Shown here: one piece after another, positions 10,728 through 21,262 of the stretch
How positions within the stretch are numbered: the stretch's first letter is position 1
How the letters are laid out: each line of letters begins with the position of its first letter
NCBI GenBank assembly: GCA_035084275.1
Contig: CM068751.1
Location: forward strand, 19,902,001-19,966,000
DNA: 64,000 nucleotides
DNA from: Hydrolagus colliei
Taxonomy: Eukaryota
Direction: 5' to 3'
Translations under genes and position numbers: made by a program
Notes under the pieces: model-generated
The model's database searches: none
What the model was told of the DNA's origin: nothing
Seen by the model: the letters and a program-made list of their open reading frames with translations, nothing else

Positions 10728-13700
10728 CTAAATTAATTTAAAGAGGAATGGAACTAGGTGACATTACATTATGGTGCAATCTTCAGTCCTGAACGCAGCC
10801 TAGGTATAGTGAGTATATTTCGCATCTCTGCCCAAGCACTCTGTGATGCAGTGTACTAATGTTTATATCCCGATGGTTGGAGGATTAGCTGTGAGCCGCA
10901 GATTCCAGGATTTTCTCTATTATTTCCACCTCTGGGATCTGGGTTGGAAACCAGCCACAGTGTTGGAACTGAGGTCTTCTGTCTTTAATGGCTTCAAAAA
11001 GTCCAAAATGAACATATTGGGCTGAACGGCCACTTTCTTGTTTCAGTCGACAGTGGAAGCAGTTACACACAGGATATATCCACCACACTGAGTGGTATTA
11101 AACAAACATCGGTGGTCACAGAGGGAAAAAGAAAGCTGCTGTGTGAAAGTTTGATTCCACCATTGTCGTTGCCAGACTCAAATCAGTCATCAAGCCTGGG
11201 ACTATTAGGTCTGTACAGCGCAGTTCCACAATTACTTTGCCTACTGAGACCTTCAAAGGAATTTTTATTTACATTTTTTTGACATACTTACTTACTGACT
11301 TACTCACTCACTCACTCACTTACTTGCACTGGAATTTTTATTTTTTAAAAAAGCAAAGGATTAAAATGATGTTGCTGGTGTGGCTTTCGCATCACAAAAG
11401 CCGGACTGGAGCGTGCCGTGTAAAGTCAAGATTTACTGAATTATTGGAACCAAAGACTCCGTGGGGACCACCCCGTCATTAATAAGGACCTGATTTAGAA
11501 TTTCTTTGTGTCACTAAACTGTAAGCTACCCTTCCATTGACCCGACCCTTGGGGAGTCGCGCACAGAATCGTTTTGCAGAGCGTAAGGGACCCATAATAG
11601 GTGGGAGGTAACCTTACTGTGTGATTATTCATTTGATAAATATTTAATAGAGTATAGGTGCTGCCGAATATGACCTGAATAATCTAATAATGATACAGTA
11701 CGTGATACATACACGGCGTTACAAGCACCAGAGTGACTGCAGAACACAAAATGCTCAGTGCGTTTAGATTATTCTTAACGTGAGGAAACCCAGTGGCCAG
11801 CCACTTGCCTCCGGTCGAGATCTCTTTAGTGTTTGAATTTGCGCTGAATCTGAACAAATCTTCCCCCCATCGATTTTTTTTTGCGGACTGCATTGGATTT
11901 CACATTATTAAAAGGCTTTAGGTCGGATGATAATTTAACATGATTTGATGGGTAGGATTTGTGGCTTTGAACAAATGAACAGAAACATGTGAGAACAGTC
12001 TGCAGCTAAAGATCCTGAGGAGGGCGAGTGCAGTGCGGGTCAGATGCCTTTAGTAAGTGCGGACTAATTGGATCTGAAGGATATTTTCCAGAGCCTGAAA
12101 TCCTGGCTCTCGGAACATTCTGTGTGCCTGCTTTTTCCAGGAACTATATATGCTACATGTTTTACAATGTGAGTGTGCAGTAAAACGAGACTTACTAGAC
12201 TGAACACTGGTGCAGTATTCTCACAGCCATGTGCTACAGAACATTTGGGTAGCACTGCAATGTGCAACTGATTTCATAACCACCGTACCAATTCCTCCAC
12301 CTCGCTCTGCGCGTCTGCTTTTCAAGTTTCAGGTTTTATCCTCTCTCTTTTTCTCTTAATTCATCTTTGTGTTGCTTTTAAAACATTCATTTTATCAGAT
12401 CCTTTCCAGAACTCTGGCCTGATTAAAAGCTGTAAGAAGTAAGTAAACGCACTGCGTTGAAAAATTAAATCGGTTTCTAGCCAAGTGTTGAAATCAGTCA
12501 GAACTCTGAGACAAAATCTCTCTGAGGATTTGCTCCAGATGCCAATGTCAGAAAGGATTAATGAACATATTCTATGGTCTGCGGACCTGAGCTGTACAAC
12601 TTGACAACATGATTCTGGTCAGTTGGAAGCTAGTGACCTCCTATGGAGATGGAGACTGAAGCAGACTGAAGCGGATGTGAGCAGACATTAGCTGACGAGA
12701 AAGAGTTACCTCTGCCCTCCACCAGCACCCACTCTCTTCCGTACTAATTACTCCTCCAGAGGCAGCCTTCGTTGACTCTCGCGTGCAAACTTTGTATTCT
12801 CTGCCAAAACGCCCCCTGCCATAGAGAGGAAACTCTCGCTGGGAGATTTCAAACTTCACCAGTGATGTTCTGTATTAAAGTGACCTGCTGTGTCATGCGA
12901 GGTTAGAGATACATTAGCCCTAGTGCACTCCTCATCATCTGAGGTCTCTTTGCTCAGCAATGCCCCGATTACTCCAGTCGCCATTTAAAAGTCAGTCGAA
13001 AAGAAAGCCCTCGGTTGTCTGTCATCCCATTGTCAGTCGGGATTAAAGGTGCAGCGTCTCTATTTGTTAGCCTGCACTTGTCAGTTTTCATATGATTCAA
13101 GATAAATCATACAAACCCCTTCACTGAGCACAGCTCCAGCTTAGATTGTGGGAAGGAGTCAGAGTCTTTGACAGACGCACAGTGGTTGATATAAAGTCCA
13201 GGCTTAGTATTGATGTGTGTGTTTTTTTTCTTCTTCTCAACTGCAGATGGATAGACTGTTGGTAAGTGTAATGGCATTTAAGGGCTCAACGTCACACAGT
13301 TTGCGAGACATATTACGTTTCGTGACGTACGAAATAATTCCGAAAAACACACAAGTTTTGTAAATTTTTGAGTTTTTTTAAAAAAAATTAAAAATTGAAC
13401 TAAAGACTGAAGGCGAAGAGCCACGGTTCGCAGTGAGCGAGGGACAGCCCGAGACTGAAGATAAGCAAGAGAATGAGAAGGTAACATAAGGCCAGATGTA
13501 GAGGTTAGGTCATAGCTTTCTTGGGTTTTCAAAGCTTGAAAGAAAGGCCACTGAAAAAGCATTATTGCACCGTCACATGAGGAAGCAAGAGGCGTAGGTT
13601 CTCTCGCTCGAAAAGTCTTCATTCACCCTGGAAATACAGCTGTGAGCTGAGATGTGTAAATTATACATTGAGCACAGCAGCTGATAGGGCTTGTGGGTCA

Positions 13701-13875
13701 CTGAGGACACAAAGTGAGGTGATGGCTTGTAGTGATTTCTATATCTTCAGTGACAGGTATAGGACCAACCTGGTATCTTGTAGGAAAGATTTATCTATTC
13801 AGTGCTCCATGCGGCAGAGAGCTCAAATTGGGTGCATTATAGGAGGGTTGCCTGTGGCATTACTTGGCAACATAT

Positions 13876-14668
13876 AAGGCCCGAATTTTGAGTCGAATCT
13901 CAGCTTCTTGTTCTGTCGTAAAATTTAAAATGGTATAGAAATCTGGGGGGAATTTTTTTTTAATCCAACCTTAACTTGGAAGCTGGTTCTTTTTAGGAAC
14001 TCGGGAAGCTCTGGCTTCCAAATTAAGACTGAATTTAAGTGTTTTCCATAATTAGAGTCCTGTAGCTCAGTGGTTACAGTACTCACCTTACAAGCCAGAG
14101 GCCTGGGTTCAATTCCAGGCAGGGCAAAACCTTGGGAAGTTTCTTTACTCCTAATAACTAATAATAATCCCTCCAAAAAAAACATTGGTCATTTCAATCC
14201 AGTGGGACGCAGCTGTGCACAAATGGCTGCCGCGTTTCACCCACAAACATACAGTCAATTCACTTTACAATATACTCTGTGAAGCACTTTCAGACGTCTA
14301 GAAGACATGAGAAGCGCTATATCAAATGCAAGGATTATTATTATTATTACAGTATATTCTGTGAAGACCGTGAGATGTCTTGAAGACGTGATAAAGCGCT
14401 ATATCAAATGCAAGGATTATTATTAATATGTCCCATTACCAAACTGTAAAAGACCACCTTGATTTACACTATTAATGTAGGTAGCATTGTCAAATCTTAA
14501 ATACAGTCTTTAATTTTAAAGTCATTTTTCTGTACGATTCTTTCAAGTACTAGAAAAAAAAACTGGCTTCAAGGTTTAAAACCGAACCCATAATTTTGTG
14601 AAATTCTGCAAACTCTGAAATGCTACATAAATGGAGTAAATCTCGAATCAGATGGAATTTCACCCCAT
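13876..14668. mobile_element. AT-rich MITE/DNA-element remnant split by a SINE insertion
   Basis: Left end ggcccgaatttt and right end ggaatttcacccc (imperfect inverted); internal motifs shared with other copies. Confidence 0.45.
14055..14426 (+). mobile_element. Young tRNA-derived SINE, full length with duplicated 3' tail
   Basis: A box tagctcagtgg (14062-14072), B box ggttcaattcc (14106-14116), Deu-like body, and tail gcgctatatcaaatgcaaggattatt present twice. Confidence 0.92.
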
Positions 14669-15149
14669 ATATTTAAATGTAAGTGTTAAATAGAATGTTC
14701 AATAGAGAACTCCATAAAAGGTGCAATGCAAATTATGTTAGAATTTGAGGGAAGACTTTTTTTCAAACTTGCTCCTTACTTTATGAACAATCCGCAGGTG
14801 ACTACAGGGGCATAAACAGCTGAATATGATCCTATCATCAACTGGTAATTACACATGCCCAACTCTCGTGGGGACCTTTGAATAAGTGGTCAGGAATGAG
14901 CACCTTCACTATCCAGAGCACTGAGACCAATTATAGAACTCCTCCCATTGACAAACTCAGCACAGAATGGGGCTGTGGCTCGGCTACTCAATGGACATAT
15001 TCACTGAGCCTTCAGAGGAACCAGGATTTCAATGTTCAACAGTATCTTGCAGGATGTTGTGGTGAAGCTAACAGACTTTTCTTTTTTTTGTCATGCTAAC
15101 GGGTAATAACACTTGAGAAAAAAAAGCAATAATTCCCCATTTCTGTCAC

Positions 15150-15260
15150 CCAACATTGGCATATATCAATCCCGCACCAGGCACAGTTTATTTAGATATG
15201 GAGCAAGGTTCCCTCTGCTCTGCCCCATAATGTAACTCACAGCAGCCCCTATTGGCACCT
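15150..15260 (-). mobile_element. LF-SINE-like 3' remnant
   Basis: caggcacag...gcaaggttccctctgctctgccccataatgt resembles the reverse complement of the LF-SINE 3' region. Confidence 0.4.
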
Positions 15261-15391
15261 AAACTAATCTAAATTCTTTCAATTCTCAGGTACATATTAC
15301 AAGATTGCTTTTTTTTTTACAGTGATTTTTGGTTAAATTAGTTGGATTGCCATCTCCAATTCTTCACCTCCTGATTTTCCTTTCTATTTAG

Positions 15392-15729
15392 GTGAAGATG
15401 ATCTTTACGATGGGTATTCTGCAATTGTACCAGAAGAGGAGCCACAGGCTGATGGTGAGATGGGATCATTGTCTCTCAGTGCACAGGATCTTTCTTCACC
15501 TGCCACATCCATTGAAGACTTCACTCCAAAGGGGGGCTCCCCATACAAAGCTCCCATATACTTCCCCGATGACATTCCCATTCCAGAAGAATTTGAGCTG
15601 CGCGAGTCAAATATTCCTGGTGCCGGATTAGGAATATGGACTAAAAGAAGGATTGAAGTGGGTGAAAAATTTGGTCCCTATGTTGGAGAAGAGCTATCAA
15701 GCCTGAAGGACCCTTTTCACGGCTATGAA
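15392..15729 (+). CDS. MECOM: MECOM (MDS1-EVI1/PRDM3) coding exon 2, N-terminal half of the PR/SET domain; internal exon, phase 1 start and phase 0 end
   Basis: Translation ...[78 protein letters not shown] closely matches MECOM ([51 protein letters not shown]) rather than PRDM16 (GVWAKRKMEAGERLGP). Acceptor ttttcctttctatttag|GT at 15391/15392 and donor GAA|gtaagt at 15729/15730. Length 338 nt, matching human MECOM exon 2 as I recall it. Confidence 0.95.
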
Positions 15730-16967
15730 GTAAGTACCTGGTTTAATTTCTATGAGGTTCACATGTCTTTCATTTGTTGGCAATGAGTGGTTGTGTTCTT
15801 AGACAATACTGGTTTCTCAGGTTTGTTGTTGTGGGATCATCTCTTCCATATAGTTGTTGGGTCTTTCATTGTCTTGAGGTGTTAGCTGATTGGTAATGTT
15901 GGAAGCTTGCATGGAAGCTTGCATGTTGTAGGATTTGGGAGTCAATTGGATTATTACTTAATATATGATGCAATGTACAGTGGCTTAAAGAGAACAGACA
16001 CTTTTAGCTTTGTGTCTTATTTTAAATTTTCTGAATTTGTATTTTCAGCACCTTGGGACGTCCTCCCAACATGAGAGGCACTCTATAAATGTAATTTTGT
16101 TGTTGTTGTTTCCACATGACACTCTTCCACATCTTGCATTGAAGTTCAAGGTGGAGCGAGTGAAACAGGAACTCGGTTCCACCAACGTAATCACCACTTT
16201 CATTATGGTGCACACAACATGCGATAAGTTAATATTTAATTGTGGTTACTTCCTACTGAATGCACCCAGCAAAGAATTGTTTGAAATCCATGGATCAATT
16301 AATTTTCGCTTCCATGGTGCTCACATTCAGAGCAGATTTTGTTCGGCTGTTTGTGATAAATCCACCGTTGGACTTTTTCTTATTTCATTGATCAATGACT
16401 GAAGCTTTCTGGTCAATGTGAAGCCACAGCAACAAAACTAATCAACCACTAAATTGCATCTCAAGACTATTTGACTGGTAAGTTTAACCTTGTTTACAAA
16501 TCACTGGCGAATCAACATTGATAATGCCAGGGTTATATGCTGATAGCTATGTGTTTCATACACCAAAAATCAGAATCTTATGTTTGAATGAGTACTTTAC
16601 AGCATTGTAGGGCAGCGTTTCATCTAAACGGCATCATGTTCAAGTGAGGCAATGACTTGCATTGCTAACTGTTGCTGATCAATAATAAAGCTTTCCCCCC
16701 AATTTGTTTTTTGGGGGGAGGTGGTGAAAACTGTATCCTAGGATGTAATTGAGCATACACCTAGGATGTTTTTTTTAGAAAAAAAACTTGTCTCTTCTTG
16801 CCCAAATACCCATTCTTCTTCATACAAATATTGAGTGTTGGCACGTTATTTGACCGTGGCAAGTCTCAACACTTACATTTCAAGCCGTACTTATTTATTG
16901 TCATTTCTTCCGTTTACATCAGTAAAAACACACCGTGGAATGTTGGATCGTGTGCGTTTGAGAGTGG

Positions 16968-17030
16968 TTGGGAAGGGGGTGGAGGGGGGGTGGATGGGGG
17001 GGGGGAGGGGTGGCGGGGGGAATGGGGGTG
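16968..17030 (+). repeat. G-run tract, G-quadruplex-capable
   Basis: At least 6 runs of 3 or more G within about 60 nt. Confidence 0.7.
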
Positions 17031-18807
17031 AAATGAACACATGATCTACATTGATTGTTCCATATTGTAGTGGAGAGCAGATGTCACCTTGTCCAAATAT
17101 GCCACTTTCCAATGGGCTGAAGATGCAGGCAGTCAGATCAAACAAACTTGGGTTGGAGCCACCTCAGCGGCCATCATATCCTGATCTTTCGTGAGGAGCA
17201 AAGAAAATGTCACCTGAGACCTTAACAACAAGAATCACAAAGAGCGCAGGGCAATGTTTCTGAAGAGCAAACTGAAGTTTTTTTTTAAAAAAACTTAAAA
17301 CCGAAAAGGTGCGAAATATGAGCGGACTCAGGAGTCAATTGATTTGACTGGAGTTCAGTTCAGGCTCAAGCCATAAATTTTACTTTTATCTCATTTTTTA
17401 AGGCCAGCATTGAGCATTATCTAATCAGGTATTGGTTAGTTGAAGTACAAATCGAACAAGCGGAGTCACAGGACAGGGGCAGAGGTCAAACCTTTTTGCA
17501 GTTTGTCACCGGGGTTTTACTGTTAAGTTGCTGTGATGCCAGGCTCAATGTGAGGTGCAGTCCAGCGGAGAGCAGTGATTGTAAAGAAAGAGAATCGACC
17601 ACATCTTAATCAACAAAAAGGAGAGTGGTGATGGTTGGTGGGGGGTGGGGAGCGAGAGAGAGAGAGAGAGAATATGCCTTAATAACCCCAGTGACTTGTT
17701 TATTTAAAAGCGTTCATTTCAGGAGAGGCTAATTTCCTGGTACCTGTTCTGACCAGGATAAGGGCAAGTTCTACAATGCACATGCTTCAATCAGACAAAG
17801 AACATTGACTAATCTGGTGACCAGTCACTGCTCACTATAATGTCTTTAGTATCTGAGGCAATCCAATCACACTGGCCCCGCTATTCCTCAATGGCGTTAA
17901 TACCGTTGCTTAGAAATTGCATTGTTGGTTTCACTACACGTTCTGGGCCCTCCGAAATACAATGTTATATTTTCCTTCTCGTTCTGTGTCGACGGTGTCT
18001 TGATTGCAAGGCACGCTCAGGAATTGAAGTACCCTTGAGAGCGATGGGTCTGAACCTGAAATTCCCTCCATGATGAGCTCCTGATGTCCTGTGGACTTTC
18101 CTGGTCAGTTGCTTTGTGAGTCTGAATGATTCATCACAGGACCAATATGCTTATTAAACATATGACTTCCACAGGCTATTGGAGACCTCATTTGCTCTAC
18201 GGTTTATGGAATAGCTCTGCCTACTAATCACATTCATTCGCTTTCTGTGGCAAACATCTATTGGGAAGCGTTGGGTTGTGAATGGAGACCCAAGATATGC
18301 CCAGAACAGTAGCTTTGAAAGGGTTACGGTGGGTGAGGAGGTGATCGCATATAGCTCCTAGGCTGTGTTTTAAAGGCAGTTGATATGATGTGAACATGGA
18401 TTTATATGTGATTGGATTCCGTATGGAATTGCATGGAGCTGTGAGATGACGGTTCTGAACAAGCTCTGTCCACATAGCGAGTCTTGAAGCAGGAGGTTGT
18501 CTGAACAAACATGGCAGCCCAGGATTGAGAGGTGCGACTAGTGGACTAAGTAATATTGTATGTTAAATAAGCGTTTTGTTTAGTTTAAAAAAAAAGTGAA
18601 AGAGAACTATATTTTAACCATTAAAAGAGCAAACATTTGTGGGATTTAGTGGTGATTTTGTTTTGTGCTGTCAGAGCTGGGAAATGAAAGATTTAAGCCA
18701 CACAGTCTCATGACGGTAAGATACAGGTTGATGTGAAGCTGTGATAGAGAAGCAAGTATACAAACGGAAATGCTTCAAAGTTATGCTTTGGAAAGAAGAA
18801 TTAGAAA

Positions 18808-19120
18808 CCTTTGATATAGTGCTTTTCACATCTTATCGACGTCCCAAAGTGCTTCACAGAATGTACTGTAAAGTGAATTGATTATATTTGTGGGCGAAAC
18901 AAGCCAAAGCGCACGGTAGTGTCCCACAAACAGTCGTAGATTGAAAATGACCAATTTTTATTATTGTGTTTTTTAAAGGGATTATTATTATTAGGCGTGT
19001 GTGTCGAGTAAGGAAACTTTTTTATTGTTGTGTGTTTTAAAGGGATTATTATTAGGCGTGCGTGTCGAGTAAGGAAACTTGCCCAAGGTTTCGCCCTTAT
19101 CTGCCTGGATTCGAACACAG
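18808..19120 (-). mobile_element. Young SINE with an internal duplication of about 60 bp
   Basis: tttgatatagtgcttttcacatc...cctggattcgaacacag; block ttattgtgttttttaaagggattatt..gtcgagtaaggaaact occurs twice. Confidence 0.9.
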
Positions 19121-20839
19121 TAGTCCAGTAGTCTAATGGGTTATTCATGTTATAGTTGTTTTTATTGTTTCTCCTCCTCCCCTGAAGAAGGCTGACTCTT
19201 GCTGGGGTATGGTTCCAATCGAATGAATGGCGATGATGTCTTTCTCTGTGTAGCTGTCCGGATGTAGTTCTCAATGTGTTTAGCAGCTACCTGCCAACCC
19301 GCTACTCTGCTTATAATTCAACGTCTATCCCAGGAAATGAAATGATTTTTAAAAATTTTTATAGATGCTTTAATTTATGGTAACTTTACTTCAATGCACT
19401 TAGAGTAGTTACGAGACAGTGGGCCCCTGGGAGGAAGAGGGGAGATAAATATATTTGGACCTTAAGGAGGAGGAAGAAAGATAAGAATTGCCGAAGTCCT
19501 TGATATGCTTAATTGCTGCACTGACAGGGGCTATAATTCTTTCCATTAAGTAAATATGTTGTAAAAAATTTATTATGAAATGCCACATTATGCACAACCG
19601 ATATTCAAAGAGGAGTGTATGGCCAGCACTAAACACAGCAGATGCCATTAACATAGTCAATATGCCACCAAGACTTGGCTTGTAAAATTAAATTGATTTG
19701 GTAAATGTAAGCAAGATAGATCTGTTTGCTTTCATCATCCATTTTGGAGAGGAGAAGAGGTGATGTCACCAACTTGGGAGTGATAAAGATGATAGGGCAT
19801 CTGGAGAGCTGGCTGATGGATGGTTACTGCGCTTGGGGTTCTTGTGATACTGTGTCGCGGGGGCCACAGGGGATATCAGCATTAGCAACTTTTCAATAAT
19901 ACTTTGATAAATTTCTCTACTTAAATAATACAGAAATGGTGACTTATGACTTTGATTGCCGGTATAAATAACCAGAGTTTCAGCTGGTGAACCATTTCTT
20001 TTGGCAGGTTTTATTTCGATAATCCAACATCATTCAAAATTGTCGCTACCTTTCAGAAAAGTGCAACATGCTCTCTTTAAGCAAATGCTCTTCACCATCT
20101 GTACTGTGAAGTGGGGAGGGGAGGGGTGCGGGGTGTAGGGGGGGGGTACATAATCTAGCGCATTTATAAGCTTTGTCATCCATCGTGTACACTCCAAGCT
20201 GCATCCCGAGTTTCTGCTTTTAATGGCACTGTTTGACAATGGAGTGAATGATCCAACGTAGCACAAAGTTTCAAAGTTTCAGTCTGTGTTGGTGTAAAAC
20301 TGCAGCTTCAAGTGTGTTGAGAATAATTCCAGACCCACCTGTTACATTAGTCCTTATCGTTATCCTACTTACTCTACTCCACACCCTCGCCACACCTACT
20401 CTAGTCCACACCCTAGCCCCTTTACTGTAATTGGTGAGGACAGGTGCACTGGCCGAGGATTTAAGGTTCTCGAGGCAGTCTCCTCCGCAGAGCCGCAAAA
20501 GACTTGAAAATCAGTTGTTCTTCTGACTACTGTATGTGCTAAAGTGTCGGCGAATTATATGTTCATGCAGATCTTTCCGATTATGCTTCTATCACATTCA
20601 TGACTGAGAATGGTGCTGAGTCAACCATCTGTGAGTTAGGACATGGACTCAGTGTTATGGGGGGTGGCGGGGGTTCGCCACTGCCCAGCAGTCAGAGAAA
20701 CGTGATCAGATGTGGAGGGCATTATACAAATGCACGTTTTTGTTGCTATTGTGAAGGGAGAGTTTGATGTAAACCTGGAAGTACGTATTTGTTTATGCAA
20801 ACATTGATCAACAACCAAAACAGAAGTAGAGGTCAGCAC

Positions 20840-21262
20840 AATAATAATAATAATAATAATCCTTGCATTTGATACAGCGCTTTTCACGTCTTCGAGACGT
20901 CTCAAACGCTTCACAGAATATACAATGGACAGCTGAATTAACAACTGAATTGACAGCATAATGTCAAATATGGCAAACGTCAGTCATCGTCGAGTCGTCT
21001 CAAAGCGTTTTCACAGGATATACTGTAAAGTGGAGTGACTGTACTTTGTGGGCGAAACGCAGCTGCAAGTTCGCGCACTTGTTATGGGACTCATGTCTCA
21101 TAAACAGCCATGAAGTGAGCAACTCATTTTATTTGGGGGGAATTTGTTAGTCGGGAACACCCGGGAGAAACTTACTTCTCTTTTCACATAGTTCCTTGGG
21201 ATCTTTAACATCCATCTGAACAGGCAGACACGACTCCCCTCTTTACTGGCGCTTTATCCTGA
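20840..21262 (-). mobile_element. SINE tail fragment followed by an older Deu-domain SINE body
   Basis: (aat)n ccttgcatttgatacagcgc at 20840-20925; second body from about 20995 with ttgggatctttaacatccatctgaacaggcagac. Confidence 0.75.

Larger units (their letters stand above)
1..15391 (+). other. MECOM: 3' part of MECOM intron 1
   Basis: No MRSKGRARKL-like first exon seen upstream; the region ends at the exon 2 acceptor. Confidence 0.75.

Noticed and set aside
14055-14125. tRNA-Val(TAC)-like cloverleaf with A and B boxes (also at 2670-2740, 28295-28365, 35060, 41308, 57174, 58878, 60690-60763)
   Set aside because: Each continues into the same body and tail and lacks a clean acceptor stem, so these are SINE heads, not tRNA genes
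15392-15729. Assignment to PRDM16
   Set aside because: Diagnostic residues ([30 protein letters not shown]) and exon length fit MECOM better
15460-15786. 108-aa ORF as a stand-alone gene
   Set aside because: Homology stops at the gtaagt donor (15730) and the same frame extends upstream to the acceptor; it is an internal exon read into the intron
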